From an uncultured Bacteroidales bacterium (GTDB lineage Bacteria > Bacteroidota > Bacteroidia > Bacteroidales > VadinHA17), in the NCBI GenBank assembly GCA_963732115.1, contig CAVSYN010000034.1, positions 105,939 to 169,938 of the forward strand: DNA of 64,000 nucleotides, given 5' to 3'. Each line of letters opens with the position of its first letter. The stretch's first letter is position 1. Shown piece after piece: positions 31,542-43,036 of the stretch. The notes under the pieces were generated by a model, which did not search any database, was not told where the DNA came from, and was given only the letters and a program-made list of their open reading frames with translations. The translations under genes and the position numbers were made by a program.

Positions 31542-32342
31542 TCACCTGAATACCGCTATCTGTCCATTTCTTGGAACCGATCTGTAGAGTATTTTGGCAT
31601 CTGCTTTAGGCAACCTTATTTTTATAAAAGGATGATAATCGGGCACTTTGAATGAGACCACGCTTTTAAGGGAGCTCATGGCATTCCTAAGCCTGTCGTT
31701 CAGGTCAAAAAAGAAGAGCTTATGTTTATCGGTTGTGATTGTATCATCGATCTGGTAAACAAAAATTTTTATGCCATTATCCATATGAAGAATATAATTC
31801 ACCGGCTCAACATCTGAAGTATCGGGTACAATGTCAGGTACGAATTCTGAGGTATCCTTTGGTGCCATCTTGATCAATACCGGCTCTTTTTTTATAGTGG
31901 AGATATCACTTACAATCGTCATAGGTGATGATAGAAGTGAATAAATTGCATAGTTATCCACACATGTAAGTATCTTGCTTATTTTCAAGTCCTTCATTTT
32001 TGCTTTATGCAACTGAACACCGCAAAGTTCAAGATTTGCAGTACTGTCGGTCAGGTTGAAAGTAATATATAGTGAGTCGCTCTCAGCCATAAGAATCCTT
32101 GACTGAAAGAATGTTTTTTCTTTACAGAATCTCAAAAAAGCTGAATCGGAATAGAATCTGGGATCGATCTTGTCCTTCTCGATTTCAGTCAACCCGAATT
32201 TTGCTTCCAGTTCATTCAGCTTTTTTGCAGGGCTGGCAGCCAGCATAATACTGTAATAAACAAGGAATAAAACAATAAATGAACCAACAACAATTACTGT
32301 TATTTTTCTCTTTGTAAGCGCTTTTCTTTCAGTGTTTTCCAT
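31542..32342 (-). CDS. Hypothetical membrane-anchored protein
   Basis: Single N-terminal TM segment (ITVIVVGSFIVLFLVYYSIMLAA). No recognised motif. Co-directional with the L,D-transpeptidase genes. Confidence 0.45.
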   Translation of the reverse strand: MENTERKALTKRKITVIVVGSFIVLFLVYYSIMLAASPAKKLNELEAKFGLTEIEKDKIDPRFYSDSAFLRFCKEKTFFQSRILMAESDSLYITFNLTDSTANLELCGVQLHKAKMKDLKISKILTCVDNYAIYSLLSSPMTIVSDISTIKKEPVLIKMAPKDTSEFVPDIVPDTSDVEPVNYILHMDNGIKIFVYQIDDTITTDKHKLFFFDLNDRLRNAMSSLKSVVSFKVPDYHPFIKIRLPKADAKILYRSVPRNGQIAVFR

Positions 32343-32363
32343 TGTCCGATTTCTCCCCGGTGA

Positions 32364-33176
32364 TCAGAAAATATATACTTTCGAACCTATATTAAGTGTC
32401 CTGAACACAGCTTCAAGATCCTCGTCGTTCATACGTACGCATCCATGAGTGACAGGCATCCCAAGCTGACGCTTATAAATAGTCCCGTGAATCATATAAC
32501 TATCACCAAGGTCCAGGGCATAATCACCCAGAACATATGGTTCCCACCTGAGAGGCGAATCCTTTTGCGGTACCGGCAATCCCTCTTCAATAAAAGCCCA
32601 GTCAGGCTTATGCCAGGACGGATTAGTCCTTTTCCCCTGGATCTCAAATTTACCTCTTGGTGTCTTGAAAGTCCAGCTTCTTCCCTCAGCGGTCTGTAAC
32701 CGTTTATAACTTCCTGTACTGCAGGTCCCCTCTCTTATTACCTTCTTGCTATTGTAAAGGAAGAACTTGTTGTAAGTCGTGTTGATCACAATGTAAGACT
32801 GTCCCGATGTATATGATGCATATTTTTTCGATAACCGCTGGATCTCCCTTGTAATTGCAGATACCTGCTTTTTATAATTCTGATCATTCCTGAGTTCTGG
32901 GTCAGAGGCTGATCCTGACTTCTGTCCTGAAACGGCTTCCTGCATAACCGGGACGAAATACAGCACAAAAACAAAAAGGAACAGGATGATCAGAAGAGAT
33001 GCCAGGCTTATAAAAGTCATCCGAAGGACCTTAATTAGCTTTCTGTTATCCTGCAGCTTCTCAAACCAGGATTTACCTGATTCCGGGCTACCTTCTGTCA
33101 TGGCAGCTGCAGACTGATCGGGTTTTTGAACCTCATTTGGCTGCGGATCAGCAGCAATTATTTTTTCGTCTTCCAT
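32364..33176 (-). CDS. L,D-transpeptidase (YkuD domain), membrane-anchored
   Basis: Catalytic motif MIHGTIYKRQLGMPVTHGCVRMNDEDL. Start placed at MEDEKII (33176), just after the upstream stop at 33187-33189. Confidence 0.8.
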   Translation of the reverse strand: MEDEKIIAADPQPNEVQKPDQSAAAMTEGSPESGKSWFEKLQDNRKLIKVLRMTFISLASLLIILFLFVFVLYFVPVMQEAVSGQKSGSASDPELRNDQNYKKQVSAITREIQRLSKKYASYTSGQSYIVINTTYNKFFLYNSKKVIREGTCSTGSYKRLQTAEGRSWTFKTPRGKFEIQGKRTNPSWHKPDWAFIEEGLPVPQKDSPLRWEPYVLGDYALDLGDSYMIHGTIYKRQLGMPVTHGCVRMNDEDLEAVFRTLNIGSKVYIF

Positions 33177-33186
33177 ATCCGGTTTT

Positions 33187-34302
33187 TCAATGAAGGAGCT
33201 GGTCCAGATTGACCATTGAACCAATAATTGTAACTGTTGTTCCTTCCCTTGCTATTTTGAAAATAACATCCATTTCAGAATCGGTCAATGCTACACATCC
33301 TTCTGTCCAGTCAACTCCCCTGCCGCCGTCCCCATGGATTTCTATCAGGCTGCCCATTTTTGCTGTCCTTGGCAGTGTTCCTCTGGCAATCTCCTGCTTG
33401 AATTCTTCTTTATCTGCTTCATTGGGATAGTCGATCAACAGGGCTTTGTGGTATTTTGTTTTATTGCTTCTAAATTTCCTTATAATCTTATACATTCCTT
33501 CAGGAGTAGCCTTGTCACCTCTGACTCTTTTGTCTCCAACCCAATTCTTACCAAGTTCCACATTATACTCGTATTTTTTGACTCCGCCAAAATAGACCAG
33601 GCACTTGCGTGAATATTTATCTATAATTATTGAGTAGCTCTGATTTTGCCTGGATTCCCTGATAGTTTTGTCCGCCCATTTCTTCCAGACCAAATAAGAT
33701 TTGAAGTACCCTTTCAAATGGGCAGTGGCTTTTTCGTATGAATCAGTAAGAAGTTCTTCTGAATCGGTGATTTTCTTATTTGCCTGGACAAGTTGTCCTT
33801 TTTTATATGCTACCTCAGATTCTTTCAGCAGCATTTTTCCTTTTGATATTCTGTTCCAGACTTCAGGAGACAGGGGGTAGGAGGTGAAGTGTTTATTTAA
33901 CTGGTCTGCAAGATTATTAAGAGTATCCAATTTTTGCTTAAGCTTAATATTCAGGTCTGTTGCATTGTTCCTTGAGACTTTTGTTGCTTGTTCAGCTTTT
34001 CGTGCAGAAAGTTCTGCAAACCTGGCAACCATATCATAATTCCTGAAATAGATAAATCGCTTATTCTCCGATTCCCAGTGCGTCATTGCTGAATCGTACA
34101 ATGCTTTTGCTTCACCATAAAGCTTTTTGGAGTATGTTGCCGCATCGTTAGAGGCAGCCTGCGAAAGGATTAATCTTGCATACTCAACTTCTCCTTCAGG
34201 AGGCTGTGGAGTAAACCTGACCAGTAGCAAAATTATCACTGGAATCAACGCCAGGATGACAATAAAGATTATTGTATTTCTCCAGACCTTCTTTAGTCGC
34301 AT
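33187..34302 (-). CDS. L,D-transpeptidase family protein with helical N-terminal domain
   Basis: C-terminal IEIHGDGGRGVDWTEGCVALTDSEMD (His/Cys YkuD motif). N-terminal TM segment plus a long helical region. Confidence 0.8.
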   Translation of the reverse strand: MRLKKVWRNTIIFIVILALIPVIILLLVRFTPQPPEGEVEYARLILSQAASNDAATYSKKLYGEAKALYDSAMTHWESENKRFIYFRNYDMVARFAELSARKAEQATKVSRNNATDLNIKLKQKLDTLNNLADQLNKHFTSYPLSPEVWNRISKGKMLLKESEVAYKKGQLVQANKKITDSEELLTDSYEKATAHLKGYFKSYLVWKKWADKTIRESRQNQSYSIIIDKYSRKCLVYFGGVKKYEYNVELGKNWVGDKRVRGDKATPEGMYKIIRKFRSNKTKYHKALLIDYPNEADKEEFKQEIARGTLPRTAKMGSLIEIHGDGGRGVDWTEGCVALTDSEMDVIFKIAREGTTVTIIGSMVNLDQLLH

Positions 34303-34314
34303 TCACCTTAAACT

Positions 34315-34341
34315 AAAAAAAACCCCCGGGAAATCCCGGGG
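34315..34341 (-). terminator. Rho-independent terminator after the 34371-34967 gene
   Basis: The minus strand reads CCCCGGG-ATTT-CCCGGGG followed by G and eight T. Confidence 0.75.
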
Positions 34342-34370
34342 ATTTACAATATTTCTCCTTTGAATTAAAA

Positions 34371-34967
34371 TTAAAATTTAATTCTTGCTTTTGTAAGAGC
34401 TTCTTTTACTTCTGCATTCAGACCGTCAGCTTTTTCTTTGGCAGCCTTGATTTTGTTAAGTGCATCCATAAATGAACCTTTGTCGAAAAGACCCTGAGAT
34501 TCAACAACTGAAGCGTCAACAGTGGCAACGTCAGCCTTGATCTGTTCGATAACAGCAGCACCTTCTTTTCCTCTTGGGAGTTTCGGGATAAGCTTGCCGT
34601 TCTCTTCGATTACGGTTTTAATACCAGTAAGTAAGGTTGCAGCTTCTGCTTTAACTTCTTCTTTCTTGGTAGCAGCACTTGAGGCAACCTGGTTAGCAAG
34701 TGTTAAAATGCTAGCGAGTTTTGCTTTTGCAGGGCCAAATTTCTTGAACATTTTTGATTCCTGAGCTGTAATGTCGGCCATAACAGCATTTAATGAATCC
34801 TGTACAGCAGCGAATTCAGCTGGCACATAAACAGCTGCTTCAGCTGTTTTAGCGGCTTCGATAGCGGCATTAGCGGCATCTATTTCAGCCTGAGGTTTTT
34901 TTCCACAACTTGAAAGGACTGCAACCATTGCGATAGCGGCTAATCCCATTAAAACTTTGTTCTTCAT
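34371..34967 (-). CDS. Ala/Lys-rich helical lipoprotein (function unknown)
   Basis: Lipobox AVLSSCGKK. Low-complexity helical sequence. Own terminator and a 499-bp AT-rich upstream region. Confidence 0.6.
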   Translation of the reverse strand: MKNKVLMGLAAIAMVAVLSSCGKKPQAEIDAANAAIEAAKTAEAAVYVPAEFAAVQDSLNAVMADITAQESKMFKKFGPAKAKLASILTLANQVASSAATKKEEVKAEAATLLTGIKTVIEENGKLIPKLPRGKEGAAVIEQIKADVATVDASVVESQGLFDKGSFMDALNKIKAAKEKADGLNAEVKEALTKARIKF

Positions 34968-35466
34968 TTTTTTACTTTTTTAATACTTTGTTTTGCAAAA
35001 TTTCCGATTATAATATTTTAACCGTTTAAATTTTAAAAAATCGGTGCGAAGATACGCTATTTTCAGAATATGTCAACAATTAGTTTAATAAAATTTTTTA
35101 TTTTTTTTACAATCACGATAACCCGGCAGACCGACTGTTCAAAAAGCAATCTATAAAGCATTAAAATATAAATATAGGATTTATTCCAATCAAATCAAAA
35201 TCAGGAATTAATTATTTGTCAGGGCAATCGGGCAGAAAAATCAGTTCTTCCATCATTTATTCTGGTTTTAATACCGGAGTGCGTTCACTGCCGCAGGTTT
35301 TTCCCCTGAACCGTTGCCAAAGAACCTGAATCCGCTGATGGCAAATTTCCCCGTAGGCATTCTACGACTGGCAATATCACGTTTTGAACATGACGAGGAA
35401 AGCCATCGGCATTAAAATAAGGACTTTTGGAAATCTCATTGTTTCAGGTCAGCTAGTTTACTTATT

Positions 35467-36810
35467 TTAATTATCTGTTGTACTGAAGCCAAGTTTATCA
35501 AGCCCCTCCTTTATCTCCGGACAGCTCATAAAGAGATTCCAGAGCAGCCCTGTCCTGTAATTTTCAATCATGACCGCCATTGGGCCCTGATCGATGGCCA
35601 GGTATCTTTGGGGATACCAATGGTTCTGCTCACTGAAAGCATCATAGAATCCGTATTTTCCCCAGATCCTGTTTCCAAGATCAAAATAAAAATGCTTAAT
35701 CGCTTTTATTGATTTATCAGGAGTATAAACAATTGAAGCCACGGCAGCAGTTGGAGATATAACGCCAAGATCGGTTGTCTCGCCCGGAGCATGGGCTGAA
35801 TATCCATTTACTGAATAGCTGGCTGTCAGTCCCCAGCAGTTCTCACCATATCCTGCAAAGTGTTTTGGATTATCGCAGCACCATTTCCAGTTTATCAGTG
35901 CCTGATTTATGTTTTGCTGCCAGTAATCGGCATATTTGTCCTTCAAATGCCTCGGGTCCAGTCCCAGAAATGAATAGTGAGCCCAGAATAACGGACCACC
36001 ATATTTCTCTGCTCCGTTATGCCTGAGCGTCAGAGCATAGCCGTAGGCTCCAGAGTTTATTTCAATACCTCCGGATCTCGCCCATCCTTCATGATATGCT
36101 TTACTCAGAACCGGGAAGGTCGGAGAGGAAGAGGCAAGAATATAGACAATAAGGCATTCATTATATCCTCTCACCGGAGCGTTCATTTCCCAGCCGTGAT
36201 CGGGCGACCAGTGCCAGTAAATCACATTTTCACCTCCCCTGGTAAACCAGGACCATTCTACCTCTTTCCAAAGTTTGTCAATATCATCCGAGAGTTTCTT
36301 TTCCTGCTCATTTCCATTCCTGAAGTACTGCCTCACAGCAAGCAATCCCTGAATCAGGTAAGCTGTTTCAACAATATCAGCCCCGTCATCTTTCGGCGAG
36401 AAGGGCTTTACCCTGCCTGTCTCACCATACATCCAGTGCGGCCAGGCTCCATGGAACCGGTCAGCATTCTTAAGAAAATCAACATTTTTCCTGAACCTGA
36501 GAAATCCTTCCTGTTTTGTAATAAATCCTCTCTCAATAGCAGCAAGAATTGCCATCAGACCAAACCCGGAACCTCCGGATGTAATTACATTCATATCATT
36601 TTCAGGGTAGACCCCGTCAACATGATAGCGTTCACGGGCAAGACCCGATACAGGTTCGGATCCATCCCAGAAATACTGGAATGTCCTGTACTGGACAAGC
36701 GTAAGAAGAGAATCGTTGGTTAGTACAGATCTTTTGTTCTGATGTCCTTTGAAGCAGGCCAAAGGAAGTAAGAGGACAACTGATATTAACGGAATATAAA
36801 TTTTCTTCAC
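35467..36810 (-). CDS. Glucoamylase-like glycoside hydrolase, probable GH144 (endo-beta-1,2-glucanase family)
   Basis: Intact 447-aa ORF with a signal peptide. Motifs TFQYFWDGSEPVSGLARER, TSGGSGFGLMAILAAIERGFI, FHGAWPHWMYGETG, ADIVETAYLIQGLL and AIDQGPMAVMIENYRTGLLW. I recognise these from proteins annotated as glucoamylase family/GH144. Confidence 0.65.
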   Translation of the reverse strand: MKKIYIPLISVVLLLPLACFKGHQNKRSVLTNDSLLTLVQYRTFQYFWDGSEPVSGLARERYHVDGVYPENDMNVITSGGSGFGLMAILAAIERGFITKQEGFLRFRKNVDFLKNADRFHGAWPHWMYGETGRVKPFSPKDDGADIVETAYLIQGLLAVRQYFRNGNEQEKKLSDDIDKLWKEVEWSWFTRGGENVIYWHWSPDHGWEMNAPVRGYNECLIVYILASSSPTFPVLSKAYHEGWARSGGIEINSGAYGYALTLRHNGAEKYGGPLFWAHYSFLGLDPRHLKDKYADYWQQNINQALINWKWCCDNPKHFAGYGENCWGLTASYSVNGYSAHAPGETTDLGVISPTAAVASIVYTPDKSIKAIKHFYFDLGNRIWGKYGFYDAFSEQNHWYPQRYLAIDQGPMAVMIENYRTGLLWNLFMSCPEIKEGLDKLGFSTTDN

Positions 36811-37158
36811 CTTGTTTAATCTTTAATCTAAAATAGGACAATAATTATTTTTTGCTCTTGCTTTAAACTCGAAATTGCGTAGCATCATCGTGAGTTGTTC
36901 TTAAGTATTCAGTATACAGGTATAAAAATAAGGATTATTTCAGTAAATGTATCGCTCAAAACATCTTGGTCGCTTTGTTGTTATATGTTTTAGATGAATT
37001 GCTTTGTAGTAAAATTCACTCAGGTTCCAAGAGGTGAATATGATCAGGATAGTAGTTTACAGTTTCTTAAACACTTAATAATCAAACTTAATGCATGTCA
37101 CTGCTTTCTGGGATACATTTTTAAAGTTAACTAATAGAATTGCTTAAGCTAACTAAAT

Positions 37159-40148
37159 ATGAAAAAGCTATTTCTTTTGTTTATATTTCTTTGCTTTTGC
37201 TTTTCCTCAGTCTGGGCGCAGCAAACTGTTACCGGGACAATTGTGGATGAAAATAACCAACCGTTACCCGGAGTTACCATCGTTGTTAAACACACGCAGA
37301 GAGGCACCTTCTCTGAAAAGTCTGGAAGCTATTCTATCAGCGCTGCGGCTAATGATACATTGGTATTCAATATGCTAGGCATGGCGACTCAAAATATACC
37401 AGTAGCAGGCAGGACTGTCGTGAACGTGAAATTACTCGTGGAAACCCAATTGGTACCCGAAGTGGTAGTTATTGGTTATGGCACGGTTAAGAAAAGCGAT
37501 TTGTCCGGCTCCGTAGCCTCTATAAAGGCTGTTGATCTTACGAAAATTACCTCATTAAATCCGGAACAGGGGTTGCAGGGAAAAGTTACAGGAGTTCAGG
37601 TGACAAGCACATCCGGGGCACCTGGCGCTATACCTACCGTTCGTATCCGGGGCGTGGGTACTTTTAATAACAGTTCACCCATCTATGTGGTCGATGGTGT
37701 AATCCTGGATGATATTTCCTTTCTCAACTCAGAGGATATTGCTTCCATGGAGATTCTCAAAGATGCTTCATCCACTGCCATTTATGGTTCCCGGGGAGCC
37801 AACGGAGTCATTTTAGTAACAACCAAAGCCGGAGAGAAGGGTGAAGGGAAGGCTACCTTCAGTTATTCAGGAGAATATAGCCAGCAGGTTTTGGCAAAGA
37901 AGATCGATTTGCTCTCGGGGAAAGGTTATGCTACAGTAGTTAATGAGATCATCCCTACCTATAACAATGTGGATCTGGTTCCAAATACCAACTGGCAGTC
38001 ACTCGTATTTCATCCGGCTCCCATGATGAGTCATCAATTATCAGCCTCAGGTGCTACGGAATCCACATTGTATTATGTAAGTATCGGGTATTTCAAACAG
38101 GAAGGTATTGTTGATAAATCAAGCTATGAAAGGGTTACCTTTCAGTTAAATAATACATATACCTTAACAAAAAATATTAAACTGGGTAGTTTTTTATCTA
38201 TCACACCATATAAGCAGCAGAATGCTCCCAATGTGACCTATTCAGCCTATCGGGCGCGACCGGATCTGCTACCCTATAAACCGGACGGGAGTTTTTCAGA
38301 AGTATTTAACGTAGGAAATCCCCTGGCCGATCTGGCATATTCAAATAATTATAATAAAGGTGTGCGTGGCGTCGGCAATCTCTTTGCCGAAGCAACTATT
38401 CTGAAAAACTTTACGGCTAAAACCAGTTTTGGGGTCGATGCAGCCTATAATCAGAGCACAAGTTTTACTCCGGCTTATTTTGTATCTCCTCAGCAGCAAA
38501 ACCTGCTGAACTCTCTTAATAAGGGTAACAGTCACAATATCACCTGGCTGTGGGAAAATACGCTTACTTTCAATAAGGAATTTGATGCCCATTCAATAGA
38601 TGTCGTTGCCGGGTATACCATGCAGGAGGCTTCCTCTGAGAATTTTTCAATGTCCGGTAAAAACATCATCCGTACCTCCCCGAATTTCTGGTATTTTAAC
38701 CCTAATTATATCTACGATCCCACTAATGGAGTCAATACCCTTGGCAGCATTTCCAACGGAGTGGATCCCAATCAGAACTTTTCAATGATTTCATTCCTCG
38801 GCAGGGCTAACTATATTTACAAATCAAAATATATTTTAACTGCTACCTACCGCCGGGATGGATCCTCTAAATTCAGTTCCGGTAACCGCTACGGCAATTT
38901 CCCTTCCTTTGCTGCAGGCTGGATTGTTACTAAAGAACCCTTCATGGAAAAGTATCCGGCCATTTCGAATTTAAAAGTGAGGGCAAGTTGGGGAATTATA
39001 GGGAATGATAAGATCCCGTACGATAAACAGTATTCTCTGACTGAAACTATGGTGACGGTCCTTGGAAATCCCCCTGCAGCAAATTCTGCAACCACCTATG
39101 CAGTTTCCGGAAATCCAAATCTGAAATGGGAAAGTACTTCACAAAGTGATGCAGGCCTGGAAATTGGTCTGTTTAAAGACAAACTGACCGGGGAATTCGA
39201 CTATTACAATCGTATCACCAAAGATATCTTAATTCCATTGTCTACACCTGATTACCTGGGAAACGGACAGGGTGCCAAAGTGGATTTCAATGCAGCCTCA
39301 GTGAAAAATAGTGGTTTTGAGAGTAAAATTACCTGGAAAAGCAAATTCGGGCAGGTCTGGTATAGCGTCAGCATTTTAGGATCGACCATTAAGAACAAAG
39401 TTTTAAAAGTTGGAGGCAGCAGCGGAATCGATTCTGTTTTGTATGGCGGATATCTGGCAAATGGGATTCCTGTTACCCAGAGCAGGGTAGGTCTGCCAAT
39501 TGGTGCATTCTATGGATACAAAACCAATGGACTGTTCCAGACTCAGGCAGATCTCGATGCATATCCCCATCTGTCCACTGCAATTCCCGGGGACTTACGA
39601 CTGGTTGATGTGAACAATGACGGGAAAATTGACGGTAATGACCGGACATATATCGGATCACCGATTCCTAAATTCATCCTGGGATTTAATTTTCAGGCAA
39701 CTTACAAAGGAATCGACTTTTCCATTGATATCCAGGGAGTTTATGGCAATAAGATATTCAATGCCAAGGAAGTGGTCAGGCCTGATCCCTACAACTGGGA
39801 AAAACATGTATTGGGTGCCTGGACAGGCCCGGGAACAAGCAACTCGGAACCTAAAGCTTCCTATGGCGGGAATAATTACCTTCCTTCTGATAAATTTATT
39901 CAGAACGGATCATTTACCCGGTTGCGAAATGTGACCCTGGGTTATACTCTTCCTTCGAATGTTTTCCAAAAAAATAGCCATTAAGCAATTAAGGATCTAT
40001 GTAAAAGGCTCCAATATTTATACGTTAACCAGGTTTACAGGGTATACTCCTGAAATTGGAAGCTCGGATGTTCTTTCCAACGGGATTGATTATGGAACTT
40101 ATCCCGTCACTTCGGTTTATTCCTTTGGCATTAACTGTAACATTCTGA
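37159..40148 (+). CDS. SusC/RagA-type TonB-dependent outer-membrane transporter; frame breaks near 39960 and near the stop
   Basis: Signal peptide, carboxypeptidase-regulatory-like domain TVTGTIVDENNQPLPGVTIVV, TonB box VVVIGYGT, plug ILKDASSTAIYGSRGANGVILVTTK. C-terminus ...YSFG..LTVTF recovered in the +1 frame with TGA at 40146-40148. Confidence 0.9.
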
Positions 40149-40153
40149 TTATT

Positions 40154-41645
40154 ATGAAAATAAAATACTCAATTTTATATCTGGCTATACCATCATTGTG
40201 GCAGGATGTACCGACTTTTTACAGAAGGATCCCCAGGGAAATCTGACTCAGGCTATCTTTCCCAGTAACTGCCTCGGATGCCTTGCAGGCTACGAATGCC
40301 GTATATACTGCAGTCAGGGATTGGTATTACAATTCGGGTGGATACCCCATTCTTGATATTATGTCGGATGATGCATATAAAGGAAGCAATACCAATGACC
40401 AGTTATCCACTGTAGGAGCCTATGATAATTTCACCTTTACTTCCACAGGCGATGGATTGGACCGCTGGTGGGCTACCTTATACCAGGGTATCAGATGGGC
40501 CAATGTTGTCATTGAAAAAGTTCCGGCCATAGCGATGGATACAACTCTCAGAAACCGGTATATTGGTGAAGCAAGATTCCTGCGCGGACTCTTTTATTTC
40601 GATCTGGTCCGTGCCTGGGGAGGCGTACCCGAAGTAACCTCCTCCGATCCCTCCTTTACATCTCGGCAGAGCCTCAAGCGAAGAAATCTACAGTCTCATC
40701 ATTTCAGATCTGCAATATGCAGAGACCCATCTGACAAAAAAAAGTGAACTCTCTTCTTCCGATCAGGGAAGAGCAACCTCGGGGGCTGCAGATGCTTTAC
40801 TCGCAAGAGTATACCTGTTTCGGAAAGATTTTATAAATGCGGAGAAATATGCCCTGAAGGTGATTCAATCCAATGAGTATTCTCTGGAACCCCGATTCAT
40901 CGATGCCAATGGAGTGAACGGAAATAATGGGGTCGAATCCGTTTTCGAAGTAGGGGCTCTTGGGGTGGAAGATTTTGAAGGCGGAGGGGCACAGTATGCA
41001 AACACACAGGGAGTTCGCGGTTCTCCCAACCGGGGGTGGGGATTTAACCGGCCTTCCGTTGATTTGAGAAAATCCTTTGAGCCAGGGGACCCGCGTCTGA
41101 AAGGTACGATCATCGATCTGGGTGATACCATAGATGGCGTGTTTATCAAAGGGGATCCTGATCCGGCGAACGATCCGGTTGTCATTTTGAATGCAAATAA
41201 TGATACCATCAATATTCAATGTTATAACCGTAAAGTATGGACACCCGGGAAAGATACACCAACGCAATGGGCACATCACAGGCGGTTGATCCGCTATGCC
41301 GATGTATTACTGATGGCATCTGAAGCCCTGAATGAAAACGGAAAACCAACGGATGCCCTGATCTATCTGAACCAGGTAAGAAGAAGAGCCAGAGGAGGGA
41401 ACATTTCAGTTCTTCCGGATGTTACTATAACAGATATAAGTCAACTAAGGATTAAAATATTGAATGAACGCCGTCATGAACTTGCAATGGAAGGACACCG
41501 GTTCTGGGATCTGGTCCGGACCGGGAATGCACCTGCAGTACTTGGACCACTGGGATTTGTCACAGGGAAACATGAAGTATTACCCATCCACCAGAGTGAA
41601 ATCGATATTTCTCAGGGATCATTAACACAAAATCCAAATTATTAG
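40154..41645 (+). CDS. SusD/RagB-family nutrient-binding lipoprotein; about three frame breaks
   Basis: Pieces 40154-40246, 40283-40747 and 40860-41645. Motifs ARFLRGLFYFDLVRAWGGVP, RYADVLLMASEALNE, ERRHELAMEGHRFWDLVR. Starts 6 nt after the SusC stop. Confidence 0.9.
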
Positions 41646-41691
41646 AATAAATCAATTCATTTCGAAATGTATTACTAAATGATTGACAATT

Positions 41692-42962
41692 ATGAAAAGA
41701 AAGATTTTGTTTTTAAGCATTTTAATGACAATTACAGCTTCCCTGGTAATTAGTAAGCTGTAAAAAAAGTAATCCGGAACCGCTCGATCTGGGAACGTTA
41801 ATGGCTGGTACAATTGATTTGAATGCAGCAACAGCACCTACAAATGTGCCCGTTAAACCGGTCATCACGGCAACCTTTACCACGGATGTTGATGCAGCCA
41901 CAGCAACAGCCAGTAATATAACCCTTACGGAGGATTATGATAACGTGTCTATTCCCCTGACAATTTCAGCCTCCGGAAAAGTTGTTACAATCACTCCCAC
42001 GCCGACTCTGGCCAACGGAGCGCTTTATAAACTGGCCATCACAGCAGGATTAAAAGCTACCAACGGTGAGTTACTCACCGCTATCAACCGTTCGTTTACG
42101 ACTCTCGGTTCATTCCTCCCGGCAGGGTTATTTGCCTACTGGAATTTTGATGGAAATGCTAACGACCAGACGGGAGTTTACAACGCACCAACAGCAGGTA
42201 TAACAGCCGTTACTTATGTTGCAGGTCGAAATGCCGCTTCCGGACAGGCGGCCCAGTTCAACGGAACCACCTCTTTGATCCAGATTCCCAACGGGAATGC
42301 ACTGAATAATACCAGTGACTTCTCTTTAAGTTTATGGATAAAGGAAGACACCACAGCAAAGAGAGATCAGTTTGTAATGGGTCTGGCCGCATGGTATGGG
42401 TTCCAGTTCGAAATCAATAGCAATGTGATACGGCAACGCCAGAAAGGCCAATGCAAACTGGCAGCCCAATACAGCCTTACTGGCGGAACATCAACCTCAC
42501 AGGATTTGTGGTTTGACGGTGGCGCAGCGGTACAACAAAGGATAACGGTGGATGGCAGGGATGGACCTTCTGCAAGGATCTTAGTTCAGGTACCGGAACA
42601 GGTGTAAACGGTTTGTTAGCCAAAAATGGGCCCATGTAGTTTGCACATATGACCATGCTACCAAGATTGGTACAATGTATATCAATGGTGAGAAAATGAA
42701 GGCTCAGGATTTCAATCTGTATGGCACAACCCATCCGTTGTATAATGCAACAGGACTGAAATTTAACGGAAATGCAGCCAACAACACCTTTGTCTTTGGC
42801 TTTATCCAGGATAAGACAAGCCCTACAATACTGATACGCTGGGCTGACTATAATGATACTGCCAATGGCCATTTCAAAGGTCTTCTGGACGATGTGGCCA
42901 TTTATCATTCGGTGCTTACACCAGCGATTATAACACTTATGTACAACTCCGGCAAACCTTGA
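41692..42962 (+). CDS. PUL-associated surface lipoprotein with Ig-like domain and LamG/concanavalin-like lectin domain; about three frame breaks
   Basis: MKRKILFLSILMTITAS..SCKK lipobox recovered across a frame break. Ig-like segment PVITATFTTDVD...ITLTE. LamG-like motifs FSLSLWIK, MYINGEKM, FKGLLDDVAIY. Confidence 0.6.
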
Positions 42963-43036
42963 TAAATTTTCCGGTATAATGAAAAGGGAGGACATTTCAA
43001 GTCCTTCCTTTTCTTTTTATTCATTATCTTTTGGGA

